From Minisyncoccota bacterium (GTDB lineage Bacteria > Patescibacteriota > Minisyncoccia > Phycocordibacterales > UBA2100), in the NCBI GenBank assembly GCA_022842645.1, contig JALHPE010000002.1:149047-213046 (forward strand): a stretch of 64,000 nt of DNA, given 5' to 3'. Each line of letters starts with the position of its first letter. Positions within the stretch are counted from its first letter, which is position 1. Below, in pieces: positions 36,256 to 45,054 of the stretch. A program made the position numbers and the translations under genes. The notes beneath the pieces were generated by a model that was not told the origin of the DNA, ran no database searches, and saw only the letters and a program-made list of their open reading frames with translations.

Positions 36256-37713
36256 TTAATTCTTTGGGCGCAAGAGTGGAAACAGTTGTGATTCATGTGC
36301 AGAACGATTCTCAAGGAAGGCAAAGAGACGCTCCGAAACACCGAATCCAAAAGCCGGTGGCATGCCATATTCCATTGCTTGGACATATTCTTCATCGAGG
36401 CGCTGCGCCTCATCGTCCCCTCCATCGCGCATTTTCTGTTGTTCTTCAAAACGCGCACGCTGATCCTGTGGATCATTGAGTTCGCTAAAACCCTTCCCCA
36501 TTTCGGAGCCGGCAAGCAGTACCTGGAAACGTTCGACCACGTCGGGGTTAGTGCTTGAGCGCTTTGCAAGCGGCTCAAGATACACGGGAACTCCCACGAG
36601 GAATGCAGGCCCCGCGATATTCTTGCGAATGCGTTTCCAAAGGTTATCAATCGCACGCGCTTTGTTCGGATCTTTCCCTAGTTCGACTTTTGCATTACGC
36701 GCTGCTTGAATCGCCTCTTCTTCAGTACATGTTACCGGGTTCACACCATACTCCTTTTCAATTGCCTCACAGAAATCTACAAGCGGCCATTCCTCGGCAA
36801 AATCAACAGTATGGTCACCAATTTGAAATGTATATTTTCCATACACAGCGTTCACGAGGTGGCGATAGAGATCTTTCGTAAATTCCATCCCCTTCTTCAT
36901 GTCGCTAAAAGCTTCGTAAAATTCAAGTGCTGTATAGTCTTGCAAATGCTCACGTGACTGCCCTTCGTTCCTAAAAATGCGTCCTATTTCAAACACTTTC
37001 GGAAAACCAGCAACAAGAAGACGCTTTTGCCAAAGTTCGAGCGAAATACGAAGATACACCTCGATATCGAGTGCATTGTGTTTGGTGATGAAAGGGCGCG
37101 CATCAGCGCCTCCCGGTGATGTTTCGAGTACTGGTGTCTCGACCTCGAGAAACCCACGTCCATGCAAAAATTCTCGCGCCGCACTCCAAAAGCGCGCACG
37201 ACGTTCAAACATGGCGCGCAAATCTTCATCAAGAAGTAGAGAGAGATATCGTTGACGAAGGATTGTTTCCTCGTCTTTGAGCCCAAACCACTGATCCGGA
37301 ATCGGTGCGAGTGATTTTGCAAGCATTTTCCAGGAAGTAGCTTTCAGCGAGTTGTGGCCACGATTGGTTTTGTAGGCGACTCCCGCCACCTGAATGAAAT
37401 CACCGACGTCTGTCGCGTTGGAGAAAAGGTGAAAAAGAGCTTCGTCGAACTCATCTTTTTGAAAAACCACCTGCACCTTGCCCGAGCCATCAAAAAGATC
37501 CACAAAGACAATCCCACCCTGACCACGTTTTGACATCACGCGCCCGGCGAGAGTTTTACTATTTCCTGAAGAAAGGAGATCTTCGAATTGCTCGAGAAAC
37601 ACCGACGCATCCGTGTCGCGCTCGGTTTGCGCCGGATATGCCTCCATCCCCGCAAGGCGCAGGAGTTCCATTTTTTTTAGACGATCTGCTCGAATTTCAT
37701 CGCCACTCGACAT
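36256..37713 (-). CDS. lysS: lysine--tRNA ligase
   Basis: OB fold, GGADARPF, IFRNEG, YGMPPAFGFG. Confidence 0.95.
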   Translation of the reverse strand: MSSGDEIRADRLKKMELLRLAGMEAYPAQTERDTDASVFLEQFEDLLSSGNSKTLAGRVMSKRGQGGIVFVDLFDGSGKVQVVFQKDEFDEALFHLFSNATDVGDFIQVAGVAYKTNRGHNSLKATSWKMLAKSLAPIPDQWFGLKDEETILRQRYLSLLLDEDLRAMFERRARFWSAAREFLHGRGFLEVETPVLETSPGGADARPFITKHNALDIEVYLRISLELWQKRLLVAGFPKVFEIGRIFRNEGQSREHLQDYTALEFYEAFSDMKKGMEFTKDLYRHLVNAVYGKYTFQIGDHTVDFAEEWPLVDFCEAIEKEYGVNPVTCTEEEAIQAARNAKVELGKDPNKARAIDNLWKRIRKNIAGPAFLVGVPVYLEPLAKRSSTNPDVVERFQVLLAGSEMGKGFSELNDPQDQRARFEEQQKMRDGGDDEAQRLDEEYVQAMEYGMPPAFGFGVSERLFAFLENRSAHESQLFPLLRPKN

Positions 37714-37767
37714 CCCGCGATTCTACCATGAGAGAAGGCCCCGTGCGTTTTCGCACGAGGCCTCGCG

Positions 37768-37932
37768 TTATCGGCTGGATGCAATAAGTGCGATCCCAGC
37801 GCCAACAAAGAGCATGATAATGCCCGCTGCGCCAAGCACCATATCTCCAGACGATCCAATCTCACGAAATTCTATGAGGAGCACTGTGCCTCCCAGAATC
37901 CCGCCGAGACCGACAAGCGAACCAACGTTCAT
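37768..37932 (-). CDS. small two-TM protein (54 aa)
   Basis: SD AAAGGAGG; MNVGSLVGLGGILGGTVLLIEF...; hairpin downstream. Confidence 0.55.
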   Translation of the reverse strand: MNVGSLVGLGGILGGTVLLIEFREIGSSGDMVLGAAGIIMLFVGAGIALIASSR

Positions 37933-37987
37933 AGAAACCTCCTTTTCGCTGGTTGAAAAGCATTATACTACAAAAAACTACGTAATG

Positions 37988-38401
37988 TCAATTCGTGACG
38001 CAATTGGCATACGTGGCGCCCCCTCCTTCAACGAGAGACGCCTGCTCCCCCCCCCCCCGAAACTCAATGGTTTGCGTATTGTTGAGGTAACGAATACCAG
38101 AATCAGACTCTGCTTGTCGGAGTGTAATCTGTCTCCCATCTGAAAGTGTGAGGCCGAGAATATCGCGTGTAAAAACAGCCGTCATAGTCTTCGCTTCAGC
38201 GCAGGCAAATTCTACGAGATTCTCCTCACCGATGGATGCCCCTTGGCGTTCGGTTGGAGCGGGTGGTTTTTCCTCGTGCGCGGTCTCGATCGGTTGTGAA
38301 ACCGTTACGGGCTGAGCGAGAGGCACAGAATCTTCCCGCATGAAGAAGAAGGCTGAGAGAGCGATTAAGGCGAGTATGGTGATGGAAACCGCCACCTTCA
38401 T
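37988..38401 (-). CDS. MliC-like (lysozyme-inhibitor fold) membrane-anchored protein
   Basis: F-C, L.Q..S.SG.RY motif and terminal C. Confidence 0.7.
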   Translation of the reverse strand: MKVAVSITILALIALSAFFFMREDSVPLAQPVTVSQPIETAHEEKPPAPTERQGASIGEENLVEFACAEAKTMTAVFTRDILGLTLSDGRQITLRQAESDSGIRYLNNTQTIEFRGGGEQASLVEGGGATYANCVTN

Positions 38402-39492
38402 TACTCCATGCTAGCACGCCTCTCGGATACCAACATACGCACCGAAACCCACGTGGTGATCGGAACCGCGAGCACCAGCCCGATTGAGCCGACGAGGATA
38501 CGTACTATTTCCGTCGCAAATATTTCGCGATTAATGGTGAGTCCCAGATTCAAATCACCTGTTTGATAAAAGAGAAGAAGAAGCGGAAGTGCCGCGCCGG
38601 CATAGGCGATGGCAAGCGTATTCACCAAAGCACCCACGTGCTCGCGACCAATACGAAGCGCACGACGATAGATTTCCGCTCGAGAAAGGTGCTCTCCTGC
38701 GCTCGCAAGTTCTTCCACTGCCACTGCTTGCCCGATAGCACCGTCGTAGAGGACACCGAGGAGGCCAATCAAAATCCCTCCAAGAAGAAGCCCTGCAAGA
38801 TCGATCGCTCCGCGTGCGTTCAGGTTCAAATAGGTCACCTCATCCCCACTCCAACCCTCCAGGTGCGTCCATTCAATAGAAAGCCACGCGAGAATACCAG
38901 TGATGCCGATGGTAATAATCATTCCGAGCACAGCTGCGCTTGTTGTCTTAGTAAAACCGTGTGTCACGTAAGAGCCAAGCGTCACAATGACCGCGGCAAC
39001 CGCAATTGAAACCAGGACCGGCGAATACCCCGCAAGAATTCCTGGCAGGAGAAATGCGCCGATGAAAAAGAAACTGCCGAAAAGCGCAAGGAGTCCGCGC
39101 GCACCTTGCTTACCACCAAAAATAAGTGTCACAAAAATAAAAAGCGCCGCAAGTATAAAGAGCGGCGTGGTTCTTTCACGCTCCACCACAGAGTAGTAAT
39201 CAGTACCATCAAGATCGCTCAAAGTATGGTTTACGTAGAGTACGTCGCCTTCGTCGAGCACGAAGTAATCATTTTCAATGGTAACTATTTCACCTTTTTC
39301 CGGCTCTTCAAGAATTTCGACACGAATGGTCTGATAGGTACCCGTCACATTCGTTCCTGGCACCTGCTTTGTTTCTTGCGCAACCACCTCGACGACCCGA
39401 GCTTTCATGATGTAGACCGTGTCGCGCACCAATTCCTGTGCAAAAAGTGACGCGGGAAGTGCAAAGAAAAGAAGTGCAAGAAAGAGTCGCAT
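38401..39492 (-). CDS. YibE/F family membrane protein
   Basis: IGLLGVLYD, LVNTLAIAYAG, EIVRILVGSIGLVLAVPIT. Confidence 0.85.
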   Translation of the reverse strand: MRLFLALLFFALPASLFAQELVRDTVYIMKARVVEVVAQETKQVPGTNVTGTYQTIRVEILEEPEKGEIVTIENDYFVLDEGDVLYVNHTLSDLDGTDYYSVVERERTTPLFILAALFIFVTLIFGGKQGARGLLALFGSFFFIGAFLLPGILAGYSPVLVSIAVAAVIVTLGSYVTHGFTKTTSAAVLGMIITIGITGILAWLSIEWTHLEGWSGDEVTYLNLNARGAIDLAGLLLGGILIGLLGVLYDGAIGQAVAVEELASAGEHLSRAEIYRRALRIGREHVGALVNTLAIAYAGAALPLLLLFYQTGDLNLGLTINREIFATEIVRILVGSIGLVLAVPITTWVSVRMLVSERRASME

Positions 39493-39509
39493 GTGATTAG
39501 TATACGCGC

Positions 39510-39908
39510 TCAGGCACATTTATTGCAGAGCCCGAAGAATTCAAGTGCATGCTCGGAAATAGTCTTAAACCCGCGTGAGTTTTTGAGCACCTTTTTTTCA
39601 AGAGGTTCTACGTCGCACGCTTCAAGCTCTTCAACAACCCCACAGTCGGTGCACACGAGATGGTGATGATGCCCCCCAGAGAGTTCGTAACGCATCACGC
39701 CATCCTTAAAGCGTACTTCATGCGCAAGCTCTGCTGCGTGGAGGCTCTGGAGCGTGCGATAGACCGTCACCAGATCGACGTCGGCTACACGCGCGCGAAC
39801 CTCTTCTGCAGTTAAAGGTCCGGTGCAACTTTGCAAAATTTTCATGATGGACAGACGCTTTGGTGTGGCACGCAGACCCTTGGAACGAAGGAGGTGACTC
39901 AATGGCAT
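39510..39908 (-). CDS. Fur family regulator (Zur-like)
   Basis: GLRATPKR, TVYRTL, HHHHLVCTDCG, C-terminal CNKC. Confidence 0.9.
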   Translation of the reverse strand: MPLSHLLRSKGLRATPKRLSIMKILQSCTGPLTAEEVRARVADVDLVTVYRTLQSLHAAELAHEVRFKDGVMRYELSGGHHHHLVCTDCGVVEELEACDVEPLEKKVLKNSRGFKTISEHALEFFGLCNKCA

Positions 39909-39927
39909 GCATACACGGTACTTTAAA

Positions 39928-39942
39928 TGCAACCGTTCTGCA
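39928..39942. promoter_or_regulatory. degenerate Fur/Zur box (autoregulation)
   Basis: TGCAACC-G-TTCTGCA just upstream of the regulator gene. Confidence 0.45.
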
Positions 39943-39944
39943 AA

Positions 39945-40529
39945 CTATGCGTGCACGAACGTGCAGACCGTGTGCCCGCCGAAAAGATAGATGCGCCGGG
40001 AACTCTGCATGCGAAGCCCTGCACTCTCTGCGAAACACTCTACCTCCGGAAGCGTGTAGTAGCGTTCAAAGTGATATGGCTCGGGACAGCCGTCGAAATT
40101 CTTGAAAAGCTGGAGCGCGTGATTGCGAGGCATGATATCGATGATGTGCGCCACACCTCCCCGCCGAAGCACGCGCGCTATTTCAGAAAAAACTTTCAGT
40201 GGTTCTTTATAGTGATGGAGTGACATAGATGTGAGAACCATGTCAAATGTCGCATCTGGATATGGCAACTGCACTGCATCTGCCTGCACGAACGTTGCTA
40301 AAGGACAACGCTTCTTCGCTCGCTCGAGAATGGAGGGCAGGATATCAACGCCATGCAGGAAGAGAGCTGGAAAATAATCGGATACGCACTTTAGAAAAGC
40401 TCCCTCTCCGCACGACAGATCAAGAAGTGTGCCCTCGTTTTTCAGATCGTAGATAGAGAAAAAACGTGCGCGCATTCGCGAAGCGAACCATGCTTTAAAC
40501 GACGCACGAGCCGAATGTACCCATTGCAT
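39945..40529 (-). CDS. class I SAM-dependent methyltransferase
   Basis: LLDLSCGEG, DAVQLPYPDATFD, RVLRRGG. Confidence 0.85.
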   Translation of the reverse strand: MQWVHSARASFKAWFASRMRARFFSIYDLKNEGTLLDLSCGEGAFLKCVSDYFPALFLHGVDILPSILERAKKRCPLATFVQADAVQLPYPDATFDMVLTSMSLHHYKEPLKVFSEIARVLRRGGVAHIIDIMPRNHALQLFKNFDGCPEPYHFERYYTLPEVECFAESAGLRMQSSRRIYLFGGHTVCTFVHA

Positions 40530-40558
40530 CCTCGCATCCTACCTGACCCACATATAGA

Positions 40559-40573
40559 TGCAAATGAGTTGCA
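40559..40573. promoter_or_regulatory. Fur/Zur box
   Basis: TGCAAAT-G-AGTTGCA between the divergent methyltransferase and CooC-like genes. Confidence 0.65.
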
Positions 40574-40605
40574 TGTAATTCATTTTCATGTTACGCTCCC
40601 CCTAC

Positions 40606-41331
40606 ATGAAAATCGCATTCTTAGGAAAAGGCGGGAGCGGGAAATCAACCCTCGCAACGGCGTGCGTACGGCATTTGCATACATCAGGACGGCGTGTGCT
40701 TGCCATTGATGCCGACCACAATATGGATCTCATATTGAACTTGGGAGCTGATTCCCTCCCCCACTATTTAGGTGATGACCCCGCGGCAATCAAACGACAT
40801 GCGAATGTGCCGGAGGATGTAAGCAGCTATACAAAGGCGGCAGAAATCGCACGTGCAAATGATGTCGTTTTTCGCCTTTCTCCGCCGGATGCTTACACTG
40901 CACATTTTGCGCATGAAGTAGCGCCACGTCTGCATCTCATGGCGGCGGGGCCGCACACCGACATCGTGAGAAGCGGCGAACACTGCTCACATTCGCTTGC
41001 GGCACCCTTAAAAGTGCACCTGCCGCTTTTACAACTTGCTGAGGATGAAGCGGTCGTCATTGACGAGCGTGCAGGGACCGACCCTGTCGCCACCGGCATA
41101 CTGAAAGGCGTTCATATCGCGATCATCGTCGCAGAGCCGACGGTGCATAGCGCACGCGTTGCGAGGCAGATTGCAGAGGAGCTCTCCCGCGCGGGCGTGC
41201 GACACGAATTCGTTGCAAACAAGGTACGCAACGAATTGCCAATACTGCCACGCTCCCCACTTGCCGTCGTGCGCTTCGGCGCAGAGCCGGAGGCGAGCGA
41301 AGCGATTGAGAAGATACTTGAGGCTCTGTAG
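40606..41331 (+). CDS. CooC-like MinD/ParA-superfamily ATPase
   Basis: MKIAFLGKGGSGKST, VLAIDADHNMDL, G.HCSH at the CxC position, VANKV. Confidence 0.75.
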   Translation: MKIAFLGKGGSGKSTLATACVRHLHTSGRRVLAIDADHNMDLILNLGADSLPHYLGDDPAAIKRHANVPEDVSSYTKAAEIARANDVVFRLSPPDAYTAHFAHEVAPRLHLMAAGPHTDIVRSGEHCSHSLAAPLKVHLPLLQLAEDEAVVIDERAGTDPVATGILKGVHIAIIVAEPTVHSARVARQIAEELSRAGVRHEFVANKVRNELPILPRSPLAVVRFGAEPEASEAIEKILEAL

Positions 41332-41409
41332 TCGGCATGCGACGGGTGATCGATACCCCGTCGCATGCCGGTTATTGGTGACCGGCGCTTGTTCTTTACG
41401 GAGAGTGCA

Positions 41410-41814
41410 ATGTCACTTCCTTCTATTCCTCTTGTTGCGCGTCAACTTGGTGTGTTGATCAAAAGCGCGAGCTCAGACGAGCTCGAGCGCGTCATCGTTG
41501 GTGCGATGCGCAGGGATCTTCCGCTCGCGGTCGACTATCTCGAACGTCACGCACGAGAAACGCGCGCAACCGGGAAATCAACCTTCGGCAACGAAGACCC
41601 TAACTCAACTCTCGGGAAGCAGCTTACTCGCATCTGTGCAGGCACGGTTCTACGCGAACTTGCGGAAAAGCATTTCTGCGGTGGACTCAGACTTTCATTC
41701 CTGAATTGCTGTGGACCGGTTTTGAGCCCTCAAGGTGAGAAGCCGGACAAAGACGCGCTCATCAAGCGTCAGATCTCTATGCAGGACGGAACCATCGCGC
41801 ACGCCGATTGCTAA
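41410..41814 (+). CDS. hypothetical Cys-containing protein
   Basis: SD GGAG; FLNCCG motif; C-terminal HADC; terminator after. Confidence 0.6.
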   Translation: MSLPSIPLVARQLGVLIKSASSDELERVIVGAMRRDLPLAVDYLERHARETRATGKSTFGNEDPNSTLGKQLTRICAGTVLRELAEKHFCGGLRLSFLNCCGPVLSPQGEKPDKDALIKRQISMQDGTIAHADC

Positions 41815-41858
41815 ACGTGCAGAAAAAAATGAACGGAGCCTCGCGGAAACGCGGGGCT

Positions 41859-42077
41859 CTATTTTTTCAGGCTTTTCCCGCTTTCGTAGCGCGCGTAGGC
41901 GAACGTATGCAGGAAACTCGTCATTTTCCCATACAATCTCTTCGCAAAAAGGCGAAGCATGCCGAGTCCTGCGCCGCCGACAACAAGCGCGGTCGCCGCC
42001 ATCTGTTGCAGAAATGGTCCACAGGGCCCAAACGCGCCACAGACGGGAACCTGGGTCACGCCACAAAACATGCACAT
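41859..42077 (-). CDS. small Cys-rich membrane protein
   Basis: MCMFCG...VCGAFGPCG followed by a TM; divergent from the ZIP gene across a Zur box. Confidence 0.5.
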   Translation of the reverse strand: MCMFCGVTQVPVCGAFGPCGPFLQQMAATALVVGGAGLGMLRLFAKRLYGKMTSFLHTFAYARYESGKSLKK

Positions 42078-42126
42078 GTACTTATTCTACCCGACGCCAT
42101 AGAGCACACGCTCCCCACCTGTGAAT

Positions 42127-42141
42127 TGCAAATGATTTGCA
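42127..42141. promoter_or_regulatory. Fur/Zur box
   Basis: Perfect 7-1-7 palindrome TGCAAAT-G-ATTTGCA upstream of the ZIP transporter. Confidence 0.75.
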
Positions 42142-42171
42142 TTTATAAAAATGTGCGGTACGCTGGGGTGC

Positions 42172-42972
42172 ATGTCTATTACACTCATGTCGTTCCTTGC
42201 CGCGCTTGCGGTCATGCTTATTTCATTATCAGGTGTCCTCTTTGCCTCGGGATTTCTGCGCACATGGATGCATCGCAATCTTCCCTACCTCGCTACATTT
42301 GCGGGCGGTGTTTTTCTTATCGTCATTTTCCATCTTCTTGAGGAATCGCTTCACGAAGGCTCGGTTGCGCTCGCGGCGGGTTCGGTACTTTTTGGTGCGG
42401 CTCTTATTGAAGCCTTACATCACCTCCTCCCTTCCGGGCACCATCACCACTCAATCGAGCACGGACACGAGCACTCTCCCATCGATGGCCGCCGCGTCCT
42501 CGCGAGCGATGCGGTGCATAACGTGGGCGATGGCGTTTTAATTGTCGCCTCGTTCTCCGCGGGGCCAGTAACAGGCATCGCTGCAACAATCGGAATTTTA
42601 GTCCATGAATTTGTGCAGGAAATCTCTGAGTTCTTTGTGCTTCGTGGCGCCGGCTACTCGGTGCGTGATGCACTTCTGCGCAATCTTCTTGCCTCATCGA
42701 CCATTCTCATAGGCGTAGCACTTGCAGCCTTCCTCTCCTCATCAGAAGAAATCGCAGTCTTGTTTGCCGGAGTTGCCGCAGGCGGTTTCCTCGCCGTCAT
42801 TCTCCGCGACCTTATTCCACACACGGCGGACGCTATTCGCGCGCACGGCGGCGCCCTCATGCACGTCCTTGCACTCGTTCTCGGCGTGAGCCTGATGCTT
42901 GGAGTGCAGGCGCTCAGTCCACATACACACGAACACGCCGATGAAGAACATACAACAGAACACCTCGGTTAA
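42172..42972 (+). CDS. ZIP family metal transporter
   Basis: His-rich loop, DAVHNVGDG and HEFVQEISE motifs. Confidence 0.9.
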   Translation: MSITLMSFLAALAVMLISLSGVLFASGFLRTWMHRNLPYLATFAGGVFLIVIFHLLEESLHEGSVALAAGSVLFGAALIEALHHLLPSGHHHHSIEHGHEHSPIDGRRVLASDAVHNVGDGVLIVASFSAGPVTGIAATIGILVHEFVQEISEFFVLRGAGYSVRDALLRNLLASSTILIGVALAAFLSSSEEIAVLFAGVAAGGFLAVILRDLIPHTADAIRAHGGALMHVLALVLGVSLMLGVQALSPHTHEHADEEHTTEHLG

Positions 42973-43008
42973 GCCGAGGTGTTCTTGTTTTTGGAACCGA
43001 AGAAACAC

Positions 43009-43263
43009 TTAGGAAAGGTGCTTTGAGACGAGTTTCGTCATCTCAAACATTGAGACCGTACCCTTTCCGCCAAACACTTTCTTGAGCTTGTCATCGCCGT
43101 TGATGTTGCGCTTGTTCTTCGCGTCCTGAAGGTCATGCTTCTTAATATAGACCCAGAGAGCCTTCACAACCTCAGAGCGAGGCATAGGACCCTTCCCCAC
43201 AACCGCCTCGAGTTCATCCGAGAGAGTCATTGGTTTCATAAATGCTGAATTGCTCTTTGCCAT
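43009..43263 (-). CDS. stand-alone SWIB/MDM2-domain protein
   Basis: LSDEL..VVG..PMPRSEVVKALWVYIKKHDLQD..NKRNIN.DDKLKKVF, MFEMTKLVSKHL. Confidence 0.9.
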   Translation of the reverse strand: MAKSNSAFMKPMTLSDELEAVVGKGPMPRSEVVKALWVYIKKHDLQDAKNKRNINGDDKLKKVFGGKGTVSMFEMTKLVSKHLS

Positions 43264-43336
43264 AGAAATGTGATTTTAGAGCTTAATAATCGTCATGCGT
43301 CTGACCCCTACACTAAATACGAGTGCGTCCCTCTCG

Positions 43337-43756
43337 TCAATCGACTTTTCCCTCACCCTGTGTAGAGCTATTTTCAGGTTCAAACTGGAGGCAGACCGAA
43401 TTTATGCAGTGACGCTTACCTGTGGGAGTCGGTCCGTCGTTAAAAACATGCCCTAAATGCGACTCACACTGCGCGCACACGACCTCAGTGCGGTGCATGC
43501 CGTGGGAATCGTCCTCGATAAACTCAACGGCTCCAGGCAAGGCCTCATCGAAGGATGGCCATCCCGTGCCAGAATCAAATTTCTTCGAGGATTCAAATAA
43601 CTGATTACCACACGCAGCACATCGGAACATACCAGAGCGCTTCTCCCCCAAAAGAGAGCCGCTAAAAGGCGCTTCTGTCCCCTTTTCACGCAAGACGGCA
43701 TACGCCTCAGGGGTAAGCCTCTGTTTAAATACATCATCCTCTTTCGTATCGCTCAT
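43337..43756 (-). CDS. msrB: peptide-methionine (R)-S-oxide reductase
   Basis: KFDSGTGWPSF, HLGHVFNDGP, RHCINS. Confidence 0.95.
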   Translation of the reverse strand: MSDTKEDDVFKQRLTPEAYAVLREKGTEAPFSGSLLGEKRSGMFRCAACGNQLFESSKKFDSGTGWPSFDEALPGAVEFIEDDSHGMHRTEVVCAQCESHLGHVFNDGPTPTGKRHCINSVCLQFEPENSSTQGEGKVD

Positions 43757-43858
43757 AACACAACTATACACCTTGAGAATATTGACGCATGCAGGAGAAA
43801 GAGTATAAGAGAACGAGAGTGTAAATGTTCTTGCGCTCTTCAGAAAGAGGTACTGCAC

Positions 43859-44164
43859 ATGAAAAAAATGTTGCTTGCGGGAGTGTGTGCGCTCTCTCCC
43901 CTAATCCTCGTTCTTTCCAACTTCAACTCAAAACCATTCGTATCCGGGCATGAGGCTTACGCGCACTACATGCCAGAAGGATACGGTGTGAAATCGTGGT
44001 CGTGTACGGTAGATGTACCAGCATTTGGTGACTACACATACTACGTGCGCGATGCCTACATGCGCTGCTCATTGCAGTATGCGGCAAAACGAAACTGTCC
44101 AGCATGGATGCCCCACCAATGGTGTCCCGCAAACGTGCGAATGTTGGCCGAGGCACCGCGTTAA
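43859..44164 (+). CDS. secreted hypothetical protein
   Basis: MKK signal-like N-terminus, SD AGAGG, four mature Cys; terminator follows. Confidence 0.55.
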   Translation: MKKMLLAGVCALSPLILVLSNFNSKPFVSGHEAYAHYMPEGYGVKSWSCTVDVPAFGDYTYYVRDAYMRCSLQYAAKRNCPAWMPHQWCPANVRMLAEAPR

Positions 44165-44283
44165 AACTACAACCGACCCCGCTCTGTATGGCGGGGTCGC
44201 ACTTTTACAAGATAACTCACACACAAACCTTGACTTGATGTCCATTCATGAGAAAGTCTTGGAAGAAGTGGAGGAACCGACCC

Positions 44284-44616
44284 ATGCTTACAAAAGCCCT
44301 GTTTATGAGCATGACATGTGTCATGCTCGCGAATGGCACTGCGTGCGCACAAACATGCGCACGAGACAGACCGCTTGATGTAAAACTTTTTGTCACTGCC
44401 GAATGCCTTCAATGTGATGAGGCGCGTCGTTTTTTGTATAGCCAAGGCATTCCCTTCCGAGAATTCGATGCACGATATCCTGAAATCGCACGAAGACTCC
44501 TCGACGGACCGGCGCAAGGCGCTGTTCCTGCCATATATATCTGTGGTGAGTGGTTCGTGGGGTTTGGTGCGATCACTAAGCATCAGATTCTGAATCTCTT
44601 CCCACAACCCACCTGA
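44284..44616 (+). CDS. glutaredoxin-like protein with signal peptide
   Basis: CLQC, GAVPAI.I.G...VGF; SD GGAGG. Confidence 0.75.
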   Translation: MLTKALFMSMTCVMLANGTACAQTCARDRPLDVKLFVTAECLQCDEARRFLYSQGIPFREFDARYPEIARRLLDGPAQGAVPAIYICGEWFVGFGAITKHQILNLFPQPT

Positions 44617-44762
44617 AGACCGCCTTATACAAGGCGGTCTTTACTTTTATGGGGATAACTGTACCCCTTTACAAACAGAGTGAGGGGTGTACGGTTTAGG
44701 TAGTGGTTCCTTCCGTGTGATTCGGGGTTGACTAAGTAGTTTTGATAGAAAAGGAGACACAC

Positions 44763-44969
44763 ATGCTAGAGCTGTTAATGACGGTATGCCTTCTTAGCGA
44801 TCCGAGTCGCTGCAAAGACGTACCTCTCACGTATTCGGCTGAACACTTGACGCCAATGCAATGCATGATGGGTGCACAGCCGGAAATCGCCAAGTGGATT
44901 GACAGTCACCCCAAGTGGACGCTCAAGCGCTGGACCTGTCAAAAAGCAGGAACCTTCGCAAAGATCTAG
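44763..44969 (+). CDS. small Cys-containing hypothetical protein
   Basis: SD AAAGGAG; MLELLMTVCLLSDPSRCKD...PMQCMMGAQPEIAKW...RWTC. Confidence 0.7.
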   Translation: MLELLMTVCLLSDPSRCKDVPLTYSAEHLTPMQCMMGAQPEIAKWIDSHPKWTLKRWTCQKAGTFAKI

Positions 44970-45054
44970 GAGGCTCCCGTGGAGGAGACGCAAAAAGGAA
45001 TACGATAAGGGCCGAGACGTGAACCAACGCTCCCGGCCCTTTCGACGTTTAACC

